The position numbers and the translations under genes are program-made. The notes beneath the pieces were generated by a model. That model ran no database searches, was not told the DNA's origin, and saw nothing but the letters and a program-made list of their open reading frames with translations. A stretch of DNA of 44,878 bases from a virus (Duplodnaviria > Heunggongvirae > Uroviricota > Caudoviricetes), in IMG/VR virus record IMGVR_UViG_2563366802_000013, positions 1-44,878 of that record. One strand, given 5' to 3'. Below, one piece after another: positions 18,531 to 28,215 of this stretch. The stretch's first letter is position 1, and every line of letters starts with the position of its first letter.

Positions 18531-19796
18531 TTACTTGAAGTGTTCGTCTGCGGCTGGTGCGCCGGTTTCTTTGTGCTGCTGAGCATTGTTGGTGCCCAGC
18601 GGCGCAGCTTCGCCCAGCGACTTGAACATCGCGTCCAGAGCTTCGCCTGACAGAGCGTTCGCGACGATATCGCCATGGACCTTCGCAACCGCTTCGCGCT
18701 TTGCTTTCTCTTCGGCACGGGAGTTCGCGGTCAGGGTTTCCGCGAGTTGCTTCTGATTGGCCTGCAGCGCATCAACCTTTTCCGCGAGAGGCTTAATAGC
18801 CGCTTCAGTATTGGTCGCAACAGCCTGGCCGATCATGCTGCCGATTTGTTCCAGTTCTTCTTTGGTTAAAGGCATGTCGCCCTCCGTTTTGTGGTTTGGT
18901 GCAGGCTGTTCCTGCGGTGTGAATAGAGCTTTGAATTTGTTAGCGACGACGGCCACCCACGACTCCTGGCGCGCTACTGCGGTTCCGGTATCGTCGATTG
19001 TGATCTTCCCGCCATCAGCGGAATAACCGTAAACCTGAGCATCACCGCCATTTCGCACGATGACCACCTGCGAGTCAGTGAAGTCAGCAACCCAGGCATA
19101 TTCATCCGTGCCAGGCGCAAACTTGGCTTTGGCTGCCCGATCGAGGCGCTGCTCTCGCTCCCGGTAGGATTCACCCACCAGCGCGCCGGAGTTCGCCTTA
19201 AGCGGTTGAGCCAGATCGGCGTTAACCATCAGGCCAACGCCCTGCTCTGGTGTCGCTGCGCCGACTTCGTGCAGCAGGATTGCGTCATGGTCCATGCCGT
19301 GGATATCAGCCACCCACTCAGCACCTGTGGCGCGCTGCTGATCGTTGGGTTCAAGTTGGTCGAGGAATGCGGCAACACTGGTATGAATCGGCGGAACGTC
19401 TTCACCACGCTCAATAGCAGCGACACGTTCAAGTAGTTCTTTACCGCCTTCTGACTCACTGGCACGGGCTACATCAACCCACTTTTCGAGGTAGATGCGA
19501 TTACCGGACTTCTTAACGTTGCGGTTCCACGCGCCGATATGGCCTGCGTTAATCCCCTCTGGGGAGAAAGCAGACACGAACTGACCGTTAACCTGAGGAT
19601 GCCCAAGCGGTGCCAGGGTACCCTCCAGCCCCTTATAGTGGGCGTCGATTTGCTCTTGCGTGTACAAGCCGCCATTCATGACGACGTTCGCCGGCAGCGT
19701 GTAGCTCGGCAACACCAGATGCTCACGCCCGTTGTATGTTTCGCGCCGGATAGACTGGCTGTTCACCTTCGTGGTGATGTTGACCTGCATAGGCAT
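18531..19796 (-). CDS. Prohead scaffold/protease-like protein
   Basis: 421 aa; charged coiled-coil C-terminus (EEKAKREAVAK...) typical of scaffolds; position between head morphogenesis and capsid genes. Confidence 0.5.
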   Translation of the reverse strand: MPMQVNITTKVNSQSIRRETYNGREHLVLPSYTLPANVVMNGGLYTQEQIDAHYKGLEGTLAPLGHPQVNGQFVSAFSPEGINAGHIGAWNRNVKKSGNRIYLEKWVDVARASESEGGKELLERVAAIERGEDVPPIHTSVAAFLDQLEPNDQQRATGAEWVADIHGMDHDAILLHEVGAATPEQGVGLMVNADLAQPLKANSGALVGESYREREQRLDRAAKAKFAPGTDEYAWVADFTDSQVVIVRNGGDAQVYGYSADGGKITIDDTGTAVARQESWVAVVANKFKALFTPQEQPAPNHKTEGDMPLTKEELEQIGSMIGQAVATNTEAAIKPLAEKVDALQANQKQLAETLTANSRAEEKAKREAVAKVHGDIVANALSGEALDAMFKSLGEAAPLGTNNAQQHKETGAPAADEHFK

Positions 19797-19798
19797 AG

Positions 19799-20725
19799 CT
19801 ATTTCTCCGCCCAGGCGTAACCGCGCGCCTGCATCGATTTATATTCCTGTTTGAGTTTCGTGATGGTGTCCGGGTATTCCGGCTTGCCGTCCGCATCCAC
19901 CAGCACAGACTGCTGGCTGCATTTGCAGTTGATGGAGTTGCCATCTTTGCTGTACCAGTCACGCACCTCTTCATTGGTGTAGAGGTGGGCATGGCGCACT
20001 GCGTGGGTATGTCGCGTTGTCGGCGACAGAGCTGAGATGTGAACCAGCAGCGTTTTAAGGCCGAACAGGTCATTCGCCTCCTGGTCTTCATCCCATTTGG
20101 CCCGGCGCAGCGCGGTAGTCACTTCAGTGCGTGCTATCCGGTTCGCCCGGCGTTTCTCGATGCCGGTCTGGTCTGTCAGGTTGCGGGCAATGTCCAGCGG
20201 ATTGAGTCCTCGGCCCACGCCATCAGTCAGCACGCGTGCCATATCTCGCTTAACGTCAGCAGTAAGACCCTTCATTTCCTCAAACACACGGGCATGCACC
20301 AGCGCCATGCGTTGCTGGTACGGGTCGCTTGCGAGGATGGACGCCAGCGACTCACGTCCTGCTGCATACACGGGGGATTGCTGGCTTAGGTTGTAGAACG
20401 ACTGCCCGGTCCCTTTCTCCGATGCCAGATCGATGTACTCGTAAAACCACAGGTCGTAATCGCCACCTTCAAGCAGCACCTGATCAACCAGGTAACTGGC
20501 ATCGTTCAGGATGATGGAGAGTAGCGTTGGGTTTAGCTGGTATTCGTATCTGGCGTTTACTGCGAGGGAGGAAGGTATTTTGTCGAGTGCTGATTTGTAC
20601 GCTTTGCCAATCTTATTCATTCGCCTGGCGAAGTCTTTCATTGCCCGGCGTTCCAGCGCATCGGCTCCGGTCGGATCCTGGTAGTTACGCGGCAGAATCG
20701 GTGGCTTCGTCTTTTTCGTCGCCAT
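19799..20725 (-). CDS. Phage head morphogenesis protein (SPP1 gp7 / Mu F-like)
   Basis: 308 aa directly downstream of portal; composition and position typical of the minor head protein family. Confidence 0.75.
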   Translation of the reverse strand: MATKKTKPPILPRNYQDPTGADALERRAMKDFARRMNKIGKAYKSALDKIPSSLAVNARYEYQLNPTLLSIILNDASYLVDQVLLEGGDYDLWFYEYIDLASEKGTGQSFYNLSQQSPVYAAGRESLASILASDPYQQRMALVHARVFEEMKGLTADVKRDMARVLTDGVGRGLNPLDIARNLTDQTGIEKRRANRIARTEVTTALRRAKWDEDQEANDLFGLKTLLVHISALSPTTRHTHAVRHAHLYTNEEVRDWYSKDGNSINCKCSQQSVLVDADGKPEYPDTITKLKQEYKSMQARGYAWAEK

Positions 20726-22031
20726 CTTCTCCTAACGGCTCCTCGTCATCATTGTCATAGCCCGCAGCAGTGCGAATCTCTTTACGACTGAATGCTGGCT
20801 CTTCGCCACTGCCCTGCATGGTCTGGTTAATCTCGCCCATGGTCTTGGCGTTAGTGAGCTTCTCAGTACCGGTCTGTTCGTTCAGGTCATCCCAGATAAC
20901 AGCCTTCTGGCTTACTGAGTCGACTATCTGCAGGTCGATAAGCTTGTCGCAGAAGTCCTCTATCTCGAAAGCGAGGTCTACTCGGCGCGACTGACAGCGA
21001 GCATTAAAGTATTTCTGGTCTTCAGTGCTGGACCGCTCAGCCTGCTGGTTACCAACCAGAATGCGGGTCGGGATATCAACTCCGGCGGCAGCGGTTTGCA
21101 GGTTGACGTTATAGGTCGCTGACGGATCAGCTACAGCAGTAACCAGCGGTGTCACCGTGGCCCCTTGGGTTGTCATCAAAACATCGTTGCCACGGTTCAT
21201 TTCCCCGGCAACTTCGTTAAACTTATCCTGCAACTCGTCAATGCTCACGCCATAAAGTGACGCAAGATTGTTGAAGTCGATTTCCTTCTCAAAGTTGACA
21301 TTAAGCTGGCGCGCGGCGTTCTTCAGGAATGACTCGCCGGATCCACCCTCTACCTTCTCCAGGCTTACAAAGGCGTTATAAGCTGGCTCAAGGAAGCCAA
21401 TAGCATCGTCTGAGTAATCACCAAGGATGAAAACGCGATCGGGGTGGATATTGACGCGGCGACTTGAACCATTCGGCAAGCGTTCGGCGTACTGCCACAT
21501 TTTCGGCTGACCGTAAGTCTTCGAGTTCAGCCCAGTGTCCCACTCGCTCACCGTTAGCGATCCGGCCCATGCCACGGAAACCTTCTGCAACCCTCGCCCT
21601 TTGGTAACCGGAAGGTTCCAGTCTTTTTCATCGCGGACGTGCAGAAGGATGCCTGCATAACGACCGACAAGGCGACGACGATCCGCCTCGGCAAATGAGC
21701 GCCAGAACCGGTTGTTGAATACCTGCTTTGACTTGTTTTCCCAGGCGGTTTCGTTTTCACTCTCGTCGGCATCGTCACCCTCAATGATTTCCGGGTTCGT
21801 CTGCCAGCACTTGCCCACCAGCTTCTCAACGGCACCGTGAGCGATACCACCGCGCCGGTACAGGGCATAGAGATTTTCGTAGGTTACCTGCTCAGGGAAG
21901 CCATACTCACACCATGCGGAATGGCGCTTATTGTCCAGCCCCATCGTCGGTGCCATCAGCCCCATACGGGCGCGCGCCATCCGCGCATCGTTCAACGCAT
22001 GGTTGACGGCGAGAGTTAATTGGTCAGTCAT
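20685..22031 (-). CDS. Portal protein
   Basis: 448 aa immediately downstream of terminase large subunit; acidic C-terminal tail. Confidence 0.75.
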   Translation of the reverse strand: MTDQLTLAVNHALNDARMARARMGLMAPTMGLDNKRHSAWCEYGFPEQVTYENLYALYRRGGIAHGAVEKLVGKCWQTNPEIIEGDDADESENETAWENKSKQVFNNRFWRSFAEADRRRLVGRYAGILLHVRDEKDWNLPVTKGRGLQKVSVAWAGSLTVSEWDTGLNSKTYGQPKMWQYAERLPNGSSRRVNIHPDRVFILGDYSDDAIGFLEPAYNAFVSLEKVEGGSGESFLKNAARQLNVNFEKEIDFNNLASLYGVSIDELQDKFNEVAGEMNRGNDVLMTTQGATVTPLVTAVADPSATYNVNLQTAAAGVDIPTRILVGNQQAERSSTEDQKYFNARCQSRRVDLAFEIEDFCDKLIDLQIVDSVSQKAVIWDDLNEQTGTEKLTNAKTMGEINQTMQGSGEEPAFSRKEIRTAAGYDNDDEEPLGEDGDEKDEATDSAA

Positions 22032-22046
22032 GGTTTATCCGTTTGG

Positions 22047-23525
22047 TTAGCGAAGGCGTTTCGGAATCATCATCCCCACAGGTTGCGATCCATTCAGTTC
22101 AGTCAGTGCGTAAACCATTGCATCGAGGCGGTCAGGTGATTTCTTAGCGGTGGCGGGGATGTATTCCATCAGCTGGTTCTCCAACACGTAGAGATTGCCG
22201 TGATTTGCCACTCTCCCCTGTTCGTAGAGCGCCGATATCGGCTCCGCGCGGGCATACTTACCTTTGCTGGCATGGACACGAATGATGCGACCTTTGAACC
22301 CGGCGTTGCGGAGTGTCTCCTCCGCCATATCTCCGCCCTGGTTCGTCTCAATAACTATCGCGTCAGCTTCGTGTTGCTCATAAGCCGATATGGCTTTCTT
22401 GGCCCATCCAGCTGGTGAATATTTTCCGCTGTAATCGCCATCCACAGAGAACTGCTTTTTGTCACCGGCACCATATGAGCTGGCAGCGACAATGCCTGTT
22501 TCATCGCTTTCGTCGCTATTTGTTGCCTGTGGGTCAATCGCCACGACAGTGCGAACCTTATCGTGATGAATTTGCAGCTCGCGTGCCGCGCTGATCATAA
22601 CTTCTGTCCACAGGGCTCCTTCAGCATTAAATCTGCGAGGCTTCTGCATATACTGCGCTTCGGCAGTGCGCCTGTGAGAGAACAGAGATAAGCGATGCGA
22701 CTCGTTGTGCTTGAAAGGCCACAGCCAGCCATCAGGCAGGCCATGGTCAATCGGTATTGCGTGGGAGTTCTCAGGGTACTGCGCAGCGTATGGTTGGCTA
22801 TTGTCGATAATCACCGGCAGGTTCAGGTGATGCCATTTCTCACCACTCCCGCCCCGCAGAAGATAGCCGCTCAGGTCGTGGTAGTGGATCCGCTGCATGA
22901 TGACAATCATCGGCGTCGTCTCGATCGCCAGTCGTGATTTAATTGTCTCGTTAAAGCGATTGTTGACGCCGTCGCGGACGATCTCCGAATAAGCGTCGTC
23001 CGGCTTAACCGGGTCATCGATAATCAGCGCGCCCTGCCAGCCCGGTTCCATGTGTCCGGCACGAAAGCCGGTAACCTGTCCCGCAGCTGACGAAGCATAA
23101 ACGCCGCCGCCGTGCTCGGTCCACCACATCGCCTTACTGTCAGCGTCATCGCGTAGCGACATCGGCCACATCGACTGATAGGCCTGCGACTTAATCATGC
23201 CGCGTGCGGTGGAGGAGTTCAGCAGCGCCAGATTGTGCGAATAGGACAGGTGCATGAATCGGGCCCGGCAGTTCAGCGCCAGCCCGCGCCCCATCATGTT
23301 GATGGTCGCCAGCTCCGTTTTTGTGTACCCAGGCGGGACGTTGATGATTAGGCGCTGAATCTCACCATCAATGACGCGGTCCAGCGTCTGCTGAATAACC
23401 TTGTGGTGGGGAGCGACAATCATCTTTCCGCCGGTGCGCTGCTTAAAGAAGTATCGCGCGTAGTAGAGCCCGTCCTCTTCGCATTCAACCTTACGGGCAA
23501 ATGCCCTTTGCTCAGCAGTCGTCAT
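22047..23525 (-). CDS. Terminase large subunit
   Basis: 492 aa; N-terminal ATPase region and C-terminal nuclease region with acidic residues; start overlaps TerS stop. Confidence 0.9.
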   Translation of the reverse strand: MTTAEQRAFARKVECEEDGLYYARYFFKQRTGGKMIVAPHHKVIQQTLDRVIDGEIQRLIINVPPGYTKTELATINMMGRGLALNCRARFMHLSYSHNLALLNSSTARGMIKSQAYQSMWPMSLRDDADSKAMWWTEHGGGVYASSAAGQVTGFRAGHMEPGWQGALIIDDPVKPDDAYSEIVRDGVNNRFNETIKSRLAIETTPMIVIMQRIHYHDLSGYLLRGGSGEKWHHLNLPVIIDNSQPYAAQYPENSHAIPIDHGLPDGWLWPFKHNESHRLSLFSHRRTAEAQYMQKPRRFNAEGALWTEVMISAARELQIHHDKVRTVVAIDPQATNSDESDETGIVAASSYGAGDKKQFSVDGDYSGKYSPAGWAKKAISAYEQHEADAIVIETNQGGDMAEETLRNAGFKGRIIRVHASKGKYARAEPISALYEQGRVANHGNLYVLENQLMEYIPATAKKSPDRLDAMVYALTELNGSQPVGMMIPKRLR

Positions 23526-23991
23526 CCTCCATCATCTCCTGCCGTGCGGATTTGTATTCCTCTTTGCTCATGGTGATCGTCTGGATGGCGCCACCATTAG
23601 GGCCGGAATGTTCAAATTTGTGCTTATTGGTGTAGGCATCTCCGCATTCCTTCGCCGCCTGCTCAATTATCTCGGCAGTAAGTGCGAGGTTCTTCATGCC
23701 CTCGGCACGCGTTGCCATTCGGTCGAGAACGCGCAACCGGTACGCTTTGTTCGCGATCGGTATGTCGGCGATCTCATTCTGGAATCGTTTACGGGTGGCG
23801 TTGAACAGGTCAATCCACTTCTGGCTCAACTTGGCCGCCATTGCATTGCCTGGCGTATATTGCGACACCTGCTGCCGTGAGACATCGATGCCGTATTCAG
23901 CCTTTACAAGCTCAATGACTTTTACCGGGGTCTCGTAGCAGGCGAGTGATTGAACGATGAAGGCTTTAACCTCTGTCGATAATGCTGCCAC
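23512..23991 (-). CDS. Terminase small subunit (HTH-containing)
   Basis: Probable GTG start at about 23991 preceded by GGAGGTG SD (track ORF extends to a TTG at 24009); N-terminal HTH-like segment; overlaps TerL start. Confidence 0.65.
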   Translation of the reverse strand: MAALSTEVKAFIVQSLACYETPVKVIELVKAEYGIDVSRQQVSQYTPGNAMAAKLSQKWIDLFNATRKRFQNEIADIPIANKAYRLRVLDRMATRAEGMKNLALTAEIIEQAAKECGDAYTNKHKFEHSGPNGGAIQTITMSKEEYKSARQEMMEDDDC

Positions 23992-24022
23992 AGGCCACCT
24001 CCATGACAATCTGAATAAAGCG

Positions 24023-24661
24023 TTACGCCAGCTTCAACATGCACGTCCCGCATGACCTGGCTATATCGATGTGAGCCACTTCTGCTGGCGCATTGGCCGC
24101 ATCAACGAGCTCCTGTACTTCTTTGCTGGCACCGTATCGCCGTACGACACCAGTGAATTCTTCGACGTCGTGGCCGCGCAGTGTAAGCACTGGCTTCCCG
24201 GTCTCTTTGTTGAACTTCGGCGCGCCGAAATCATCTGTGGCCTGGGCGATGTGGTAAAGCTCATGCTCTACCAGTGCGCAGAATTCAAGGTCGCTACACT
24301 GTGAACAGTAATCGGCCGCCAGCGTGATGATGAACTTCGGTATGCGTCCGAACCATTCATGCATCTGCTGTTCCATTCTGGCTTTCTGCCAACCGCCGGC
24401 GCGAAGCATTACCTGTTCGGCCTGACCGAGAACATAGCGCCCCTTCTTCGCGAAAGAGTCAGACGCCCACATGAAGCAGAGGTCAGCTTCAAGAAGGTGT
24501 TCATGGTCTGGGTTATGGATGCTGCCGGTATCGCTGAGGATTTGGCGGTTTATCCACTCACGCACTTCGTTGGCGGGAATGAGCCGGGTGTATGGCTGCC
24601 AGTTCTCGGAGGCGATGAAGTTAACTGGCGGATAAGGCCTGCGCTCGTCATCGTTAGCCAT
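24023..24661 (-). CDS. HExxH motif protein (putative zinc metallopeptidase-like), function unknown
   Basis: 212 aa; HELYH motif in ...CALVEHELYHIAQ...; ATG start; between Rha and TerS. Confidence 0.6.
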   Translation of the reverse strand: MANDDERRPYPPVNFIASENWQPYTRLIPANEVREWINRQILSDTGSIHNPDHEHLLEADLCFMWASDSFAKKGRYVLGQAEQVMLRAGGWQKARMEQQMHEWFGRIPKFIITLAADYCSQCSDLEFCALVEHELYHIAQATDDFGAPKFNKETGKPVLTLRGHDVEEFTGVVRRYGASKEVQELVDAANAPAEVAHIDIARSCGTCMLKLA

Positions 24662-24664
24662 GGG

Positions 24665-24871
24665 TTACTCCGTTGTTTGTTCGGTCTGCTCTGCTGGTAC
24701 TGGCGTGAACTCCACGCGCTTCACGTCGGCAGGGGCAAAGTAAAGCCACTGTCCAGTTTCGGTAGCCAGCGGCACAAAGCCGTTTACCAGTTCAGGCTGA
24801 CGTCGTGACATCTTGCCCGTGAAGGTTTCGCCTGTTTGCGTGGTTAGGGTGATTTGGTAGATGTAGGACAT
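24665..24871 (-). CDS. Hypothetical 68-aa protein
   Basis: ATG with AAAGAGGT SD; stop 1 nt before the HExxH gene start. Confidence 0.45.
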   Translation of the reverse strand: MSYIYQITLTTQTGETFTGKMSRRQPELVNGFVPLATETGQWLYFAPADVKRVEFTPVPAEQTEQTTE

Positions 24872-25026
24872 GATTACCTCTTTGCCTTGTCGCAGCTGTT
24901 GCCCTGCTTCTCAGAAGTGCTTAGCCACTTACGGCTTACCCGTCAGCAAGATATGATCACCATCCTTGCGGGGTTACACAGATCATTATCGAAGCCCCTC
25001 AGTGAAGAGCTTCTGTAATGTCGCGA

Positions 25027-25551
25027 TCAGCCAATCAACAATTCTGGCTGCGTCACCTGCATGATGTGCTCATGCTCAACGGCCAGAACGCGCTTTTCCT
25101 TCTTGCGTTCGTTCATCAATCTGCTGCCGATCGTGCCTTTCAGCTTCGAACGCGTTTCTTTGATGGCGTAGCGGTGCTGCATTTCTTCGCCCATCGCCAG
25201 ACGTCTGCTAAGTTGTTCGGCCATCCAGTTAAATGCGGCGATGTATTGCTCTTTAATAGCGGTAGCTACTTTCCCGGTAAATCCCATTACCAGCATCATC
25301 CACCCGTCTTTTGTGATGTTGTACATCAGACGCATTTCGCCTTTTTTATCGAGATATTCAACGGGCTCAAAATTGAGCCGGTTAAAATCAGGCGAGCAAT
25401 CAACCTCCAGCCGCTTGATAGCACGCAGAACGTTTTTATGCGCCTTGCCGAAATAGCTGGCGATCTTCATAGAAGTGGTGATGACCTTCCCGTTACATGG
25501 CATGACCATTTCGCGGAAGTCGAAGGCTGGAATAACTGACGGATTATTCAT
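25027..25551 (-). CDS. rha: Phage regulatory protein Rha
   Basis: N-terminal domain ...GKVITTSMKIASYFGKAHKNVLRAIKRLEVD matches the Rha/ORF6 N-terminal family; probable ATG at about 25551. Confidence 0.7.
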   Translation of the reverse strand: MNNPSVIPAFDFREMVMPCNGKVITTSMKIASYFGKAHKNVLRAIKRLEVDCSPDFNRLNFEPVEYLDKKGEMRLMYNITKDGWMMLVMGFTGKVATAIKEQYIAAFNWMAEQLSRRLAMGEEMQHRYAIKETRSKLKGTIGSRLMNERKKEKRVLAVEHEHIMQVTQPELLIG

Positions 25552-25696
25552 AGCGTCTTTACCTTTTAGAAAGATGAGCCTGTTCGCACAGAAAAGCCGC
25601 CCCGAGATGGTCGCCACCATATACGGCAGTTCTCAGGCTCAGCTTTCTGAAAGACTCGGGATTGTTATGCGCTGCGATGCGCGGTTTACTGCGGGC

Positions 25697-25724
25697 ATAA
25701 AAAAGCCCGACCGAAGTCAGGCTC
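25697..25724 (-). terminator. Intrinsic terminator downstream of the lysis cassette
   Basis: Minus-strand hairpin AGCCTGAC-ttcg-GTCGGGCT followed by U6. Confidence 0.5.
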
Positions 25725-25742
25725 TGTTATTTGGGTAACGAA

Positions 25743-26216
25743 TCATTTAAGACACTGCTCTTTGATGTAGTCCTGCATGCCGCGAATCATTTTGTCAGCG
25801 GTTGCGATTCCGTCCCGGTGATCGAAATAATTCCGTCGAGCGTCTGGAGTAAGTTCGGGGGATCCTGCATCATCCACGCCGGAGGCGGAGGTGGCTTTGG
25901 ACACTCCAGGGCAGGTTGCAGCGATGCGCAGCCGTTTAGCGCCAGAATCGACATCCCGACGCAAATCGTTAATGGTTTTTTTCGCATCGGACAATTCCTT
26001 CGTGTATTTGGCATCCAGTGCAGCGACATCACGCTGACGTGTCTGCATGTCTTTGATGGTAGCGTGAGCCAGGCTGAGTTTCTCAGTGGCTTTATCGCGC
26101 TGGTCTTTATAGGTGATGGCGTTGTCGCGGTAGTGGTTAACGAAGAACGCCAGCACGCCGATTACCGACACCACAATCAGTTGCAGCCAGTAACGCTTAA
26201 CCAGCGCGCCAATCAT
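25743..26216 (-). CDS. Rz: i-spanin Rz
   Basis: 157 aa; N-terminal TM segment then coiled-coil periplasmic domain; overlaps endolysin stop; contains embedded Rz1 frame. Confidence 0.8.
   Translation of the reverse strand: MIGALVKRYWLQLIVVSVIGVLAFFVNHYRDNAITYKDQRDKATEKLSLAHATIKDMQTRQRDVAALDAKYTKELSDAKKTINDLRRDVDSGAKRLRIAATCPGVSKATSASGVDDAGSPELTPDARRNYFDHRDGIATADKMIRGMQDYIKEQCLK
25787..25987 (-). CDS. Rz1: o-spanin Rz1 (embedded in Rz, +1 frame)
   Basis: Lipobox LALNGC followed by Pro-rich segment (PKPPPPPAW); start taken at internal Met about 25987. Confidence 0.7.
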   Translation of the reverse strand: MRKKPLTICVGMSILALNGCASLQPALECPKPPPPPAWMMQDPPNLLQTLDGIISITGTESQPLTK

Positions 26217-26653
26217 GATAGGAACAGAGTCCGCTCTGCCTCCCGCCGACGAGTCAGCCCGTTAAGGACCTTACCACCCGCTTTATTCCAGCGCAGGAAC
26301 TCATCGGCAGCGCCAGCGTAATCTCCGGCGTTGAGTTTTCGCAGAAGAGTCGATGTCGACAGTGACCGGGCTCCGAGGTTGTACGTGAACGACACCAGGG
26401 CGTCGAATTGCCCCTGAGTCAGACCAACTTTAACCAGGCGAGACACGTCGCTTTCGTAGCTGACAAGTCCGGTCTTCAGCAGGCGTTCTGCCGTTTCCTG
26501 CTTAATCGTCATCCCGGCGCGGATTGGTTTGCCATCGACAGGCTGAGTCCAGCCATATCCGATCGTCCATACACCGACACTGTCCCGGTAGGCGGTGAGT
26601 CTACAGCCTTCGAATTCTTTGATTAGGGCAATGCCCTTTTCGCTGGTTTGCAT
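26213..26653 (-). CDS. Endolysin (phage lysozyme, glycoside hydrolase 24-like)
   Basis: 146 aa; N-terminus GIALIKEFEGCRLTAYRD...WTIGYGWT is the classic T4-type lysozyme catalytic block. Confidence 0.9.
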   Translation of the reverse strand: MQTSEKGIALIKEFEGCRLTAYRDSVGVWTIGYGWTQPVDGKPIRAGMTIKQETAERLLKTGLVSYESDVSRLVKVGLTQGQFDALVSFTYNLGARSLSTSTLLRKLNAGDYAGAADEFLRWNKAGGKVLNGLTRRREAERTLFLS

Positions 26654-26656
26654 GGA

Positions 26657-26932
26657 CTACTCCGTTATAACGACCTTCGCCAGGTTCCCGCGAGCCAGCC
26701 ACACCGCCATGCAGATGACGGAGTTAAGCAGCAGGTCGCCGAGGTTAACCTGTACGTAGTGGCCGAGCAGAATGTTGAAGGCATTGAATCCGGCGGCAAG
26801 GATGACCAGATAGGCCAGCACCGCGACACTAAGGCGATGACGCTTTCCCTCTTTCCGGAAAAACATCAGCCTGACCATGATTAACAGGCAAACTATGGCG
26901 TTTGCATCCATCAGAAGAAGCTGCCATGTCAT
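26657..26932 (-). CDS. Holin-like membrane protein (second holin or antiholin)
   Basis: 91 aa with two hydrophobic segments; immediately upstream of the endolysin. Confidence 0.6.
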   Translation of the reverse strand: MTWQLLLMDANAIVCLLIMVRLMFFRKEGKRHRLSVAVLAYLVILAAGFNAFNILLGHYVQVNLGDLLLNSVICMAVWLARGNLAKVVITE

Positions 26933-27330
26933 TTATCTTCCTCCCCCAGCCCTGGCATCTTCCCGCTTTTGGATTTGCGGAGAATACGCAGCAGGACTGC
27001 CACGGAAATGGAAGCAGTGACAATTGCACCTACAGCTGGCGATACCTCAATGCTGGCCGGTGGCTTCATCAGGCTTAACGGCGTGTTGATGATTCCGGCC
27101 ATGATTTTCGCCATGGGAACGGAGAAGAACACGCCACTGATAAACGATATCAGCGCAAAGATAGCCTGCTTCCAGAGTTGATGGGGATCTGAGGTCAGAA
27201 CGTATAGCGCCGTTCCGGCGAGTGATCCGAGCATCACTGCTGGAGTCGCCTCCGGAAACAGCGTGGCAAAGGTTACACCGACTGATGACGATGCAAGACC
27301 AACGCCTACGATAGTGAAGGTCTCAGACAT
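26929..27330 (-). CDS. Holin
   Basis: About 133 aa from internal ATG near 27330 (MSETFTIVGVGLA...); three hydrophobic segments and a charged C-terminus; first gene of the lysis cassette. Confidence 0.6.
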   Translation of the reverse strand: MSETFTIVGVGLASSSVGVTFATLFPEATPAVMLGSLAGTALYVLTSDPHQLWKQAIFALISFISGVFFSVPMAKIMAGIINTPLSLMKPPASIEVSPAVGAIVTASISVAVLLRILRKSKSGKMPGLGEEDK

Positions 27331-27510
27331 ATTTATTCCGTGTGTAGTTGGTTCAGGCCCTCGGGACGATTTAACAAGAAGGCATGTCGAGGGTGGTTCC
27401 CGGGGCCTGGAATAAAAAACCTGGCGACAAGCCAGGAAGATGAGGGTAAGGCAATGTCGGCTCTCTGGCCGAAGGGTCCCAGGTAGTGGGTTCTGTGTGC
27501 GGCGTACCGC

Positions 27511-27543
27511 AAATAAAAAAGCCCCGCACGATGGCGAGGCTTG
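27511..27543 (-). terminator. Candidate tR'-like terminator in the late leader downstream of Q
   Basis: Minus-strand hairpin AGCCUCGC-caucgu-GCGGGGCU (one G-U pair) followed by U6AUUU; lies between Q and the holin gene. Confidence 0.45.
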
Positions 27544-27602
27544 GCATTCATTCATGTCACACACAACAACGGCAACATATACGATTTATTCTGCTCATTT
27601 GT

Positions 27603-28103
27603 TCATTGAAAAGCAAGCGCGTTATGAGGATTTTTTGCAATTTTCCTCATATTTTCGCGATTGTTAAACGCATTTTGCAGCGGTTGGTACAAACAGAACA
27701 GTGAGGCATTGATGATTTGCTTCACCTCTCTACGGATTGTCGAGATGCTTGGGTGTTTATACTGATTTCCGCCACGCGTCTTCATCAGGCGAGGCTTACT
27801 TACTGCATGCTGCCATGATGCAATTCGGATCTCGCTGGAGTTACAAACGTAGTAGGCGAAGACAACCCGCCAGGCATTTTCATCCACATTCTTCAGATAG
27901 TGACGAATTACAGCATCAATGAGCATCCCGTCATCATCACTACATACCGGTCGTGATGCTTGCTGGGGCTCGACGGTAGCCATGAATCTGGCAATCATGT
28001 TGATCATCGCTTTATCAATCTTGCCGGTCTGGCACCATGCGCCCCACAACTGGAGCCACTGGTCTACCCATTGATGCTGGTCTTTGGTTAATTCCAGTTT
28101 CAT
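27603..28103 (-). CDS. Q: Late-gene antitermination protein Q (phage 21/82-type family)
   Basis: 166 aa; motifs WLQLWGAWC and RPVCSDDDGMLID...FAYYV match the Q antiterminator family as I recall it; positioned immediately upstream of the lysis genes. Confidence 0.8.
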   Translation of the reverse strand: MKLELTKDQHQWVDQWLQLWGAWCQTGKIDKAMINMIARFMATVEPQQASRPVCSDDDGMLIDAVIRHYLKNVDENAWRVVFAYYVCNSSEIRIASWQHAVSKPRLMKTRGGNQYKHPSISTIRREVKQIINASLFCLYQPLQNAFNNRENMRKIAKNPHNALAFQ

Positions 28104-28215
28104 TACGCGGCTTCCTTCTGAGGCTGGTTGGTTTTAGTCTGGCTGTGCTTTGCTACTGGTGGCAGGTTGGCGCGCTTAACGCTTTCGGCCTGGTATCGGG
28201 TTATCTCGTCTCTGG

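Noticed and set aside
25731-26321. 196-aa plus-strand ORF antisense to Rz and the endolysin
   Set aside because: Opposite to the lysis cassette; the only supported embedded gene there is Rz1 on the minus strand.
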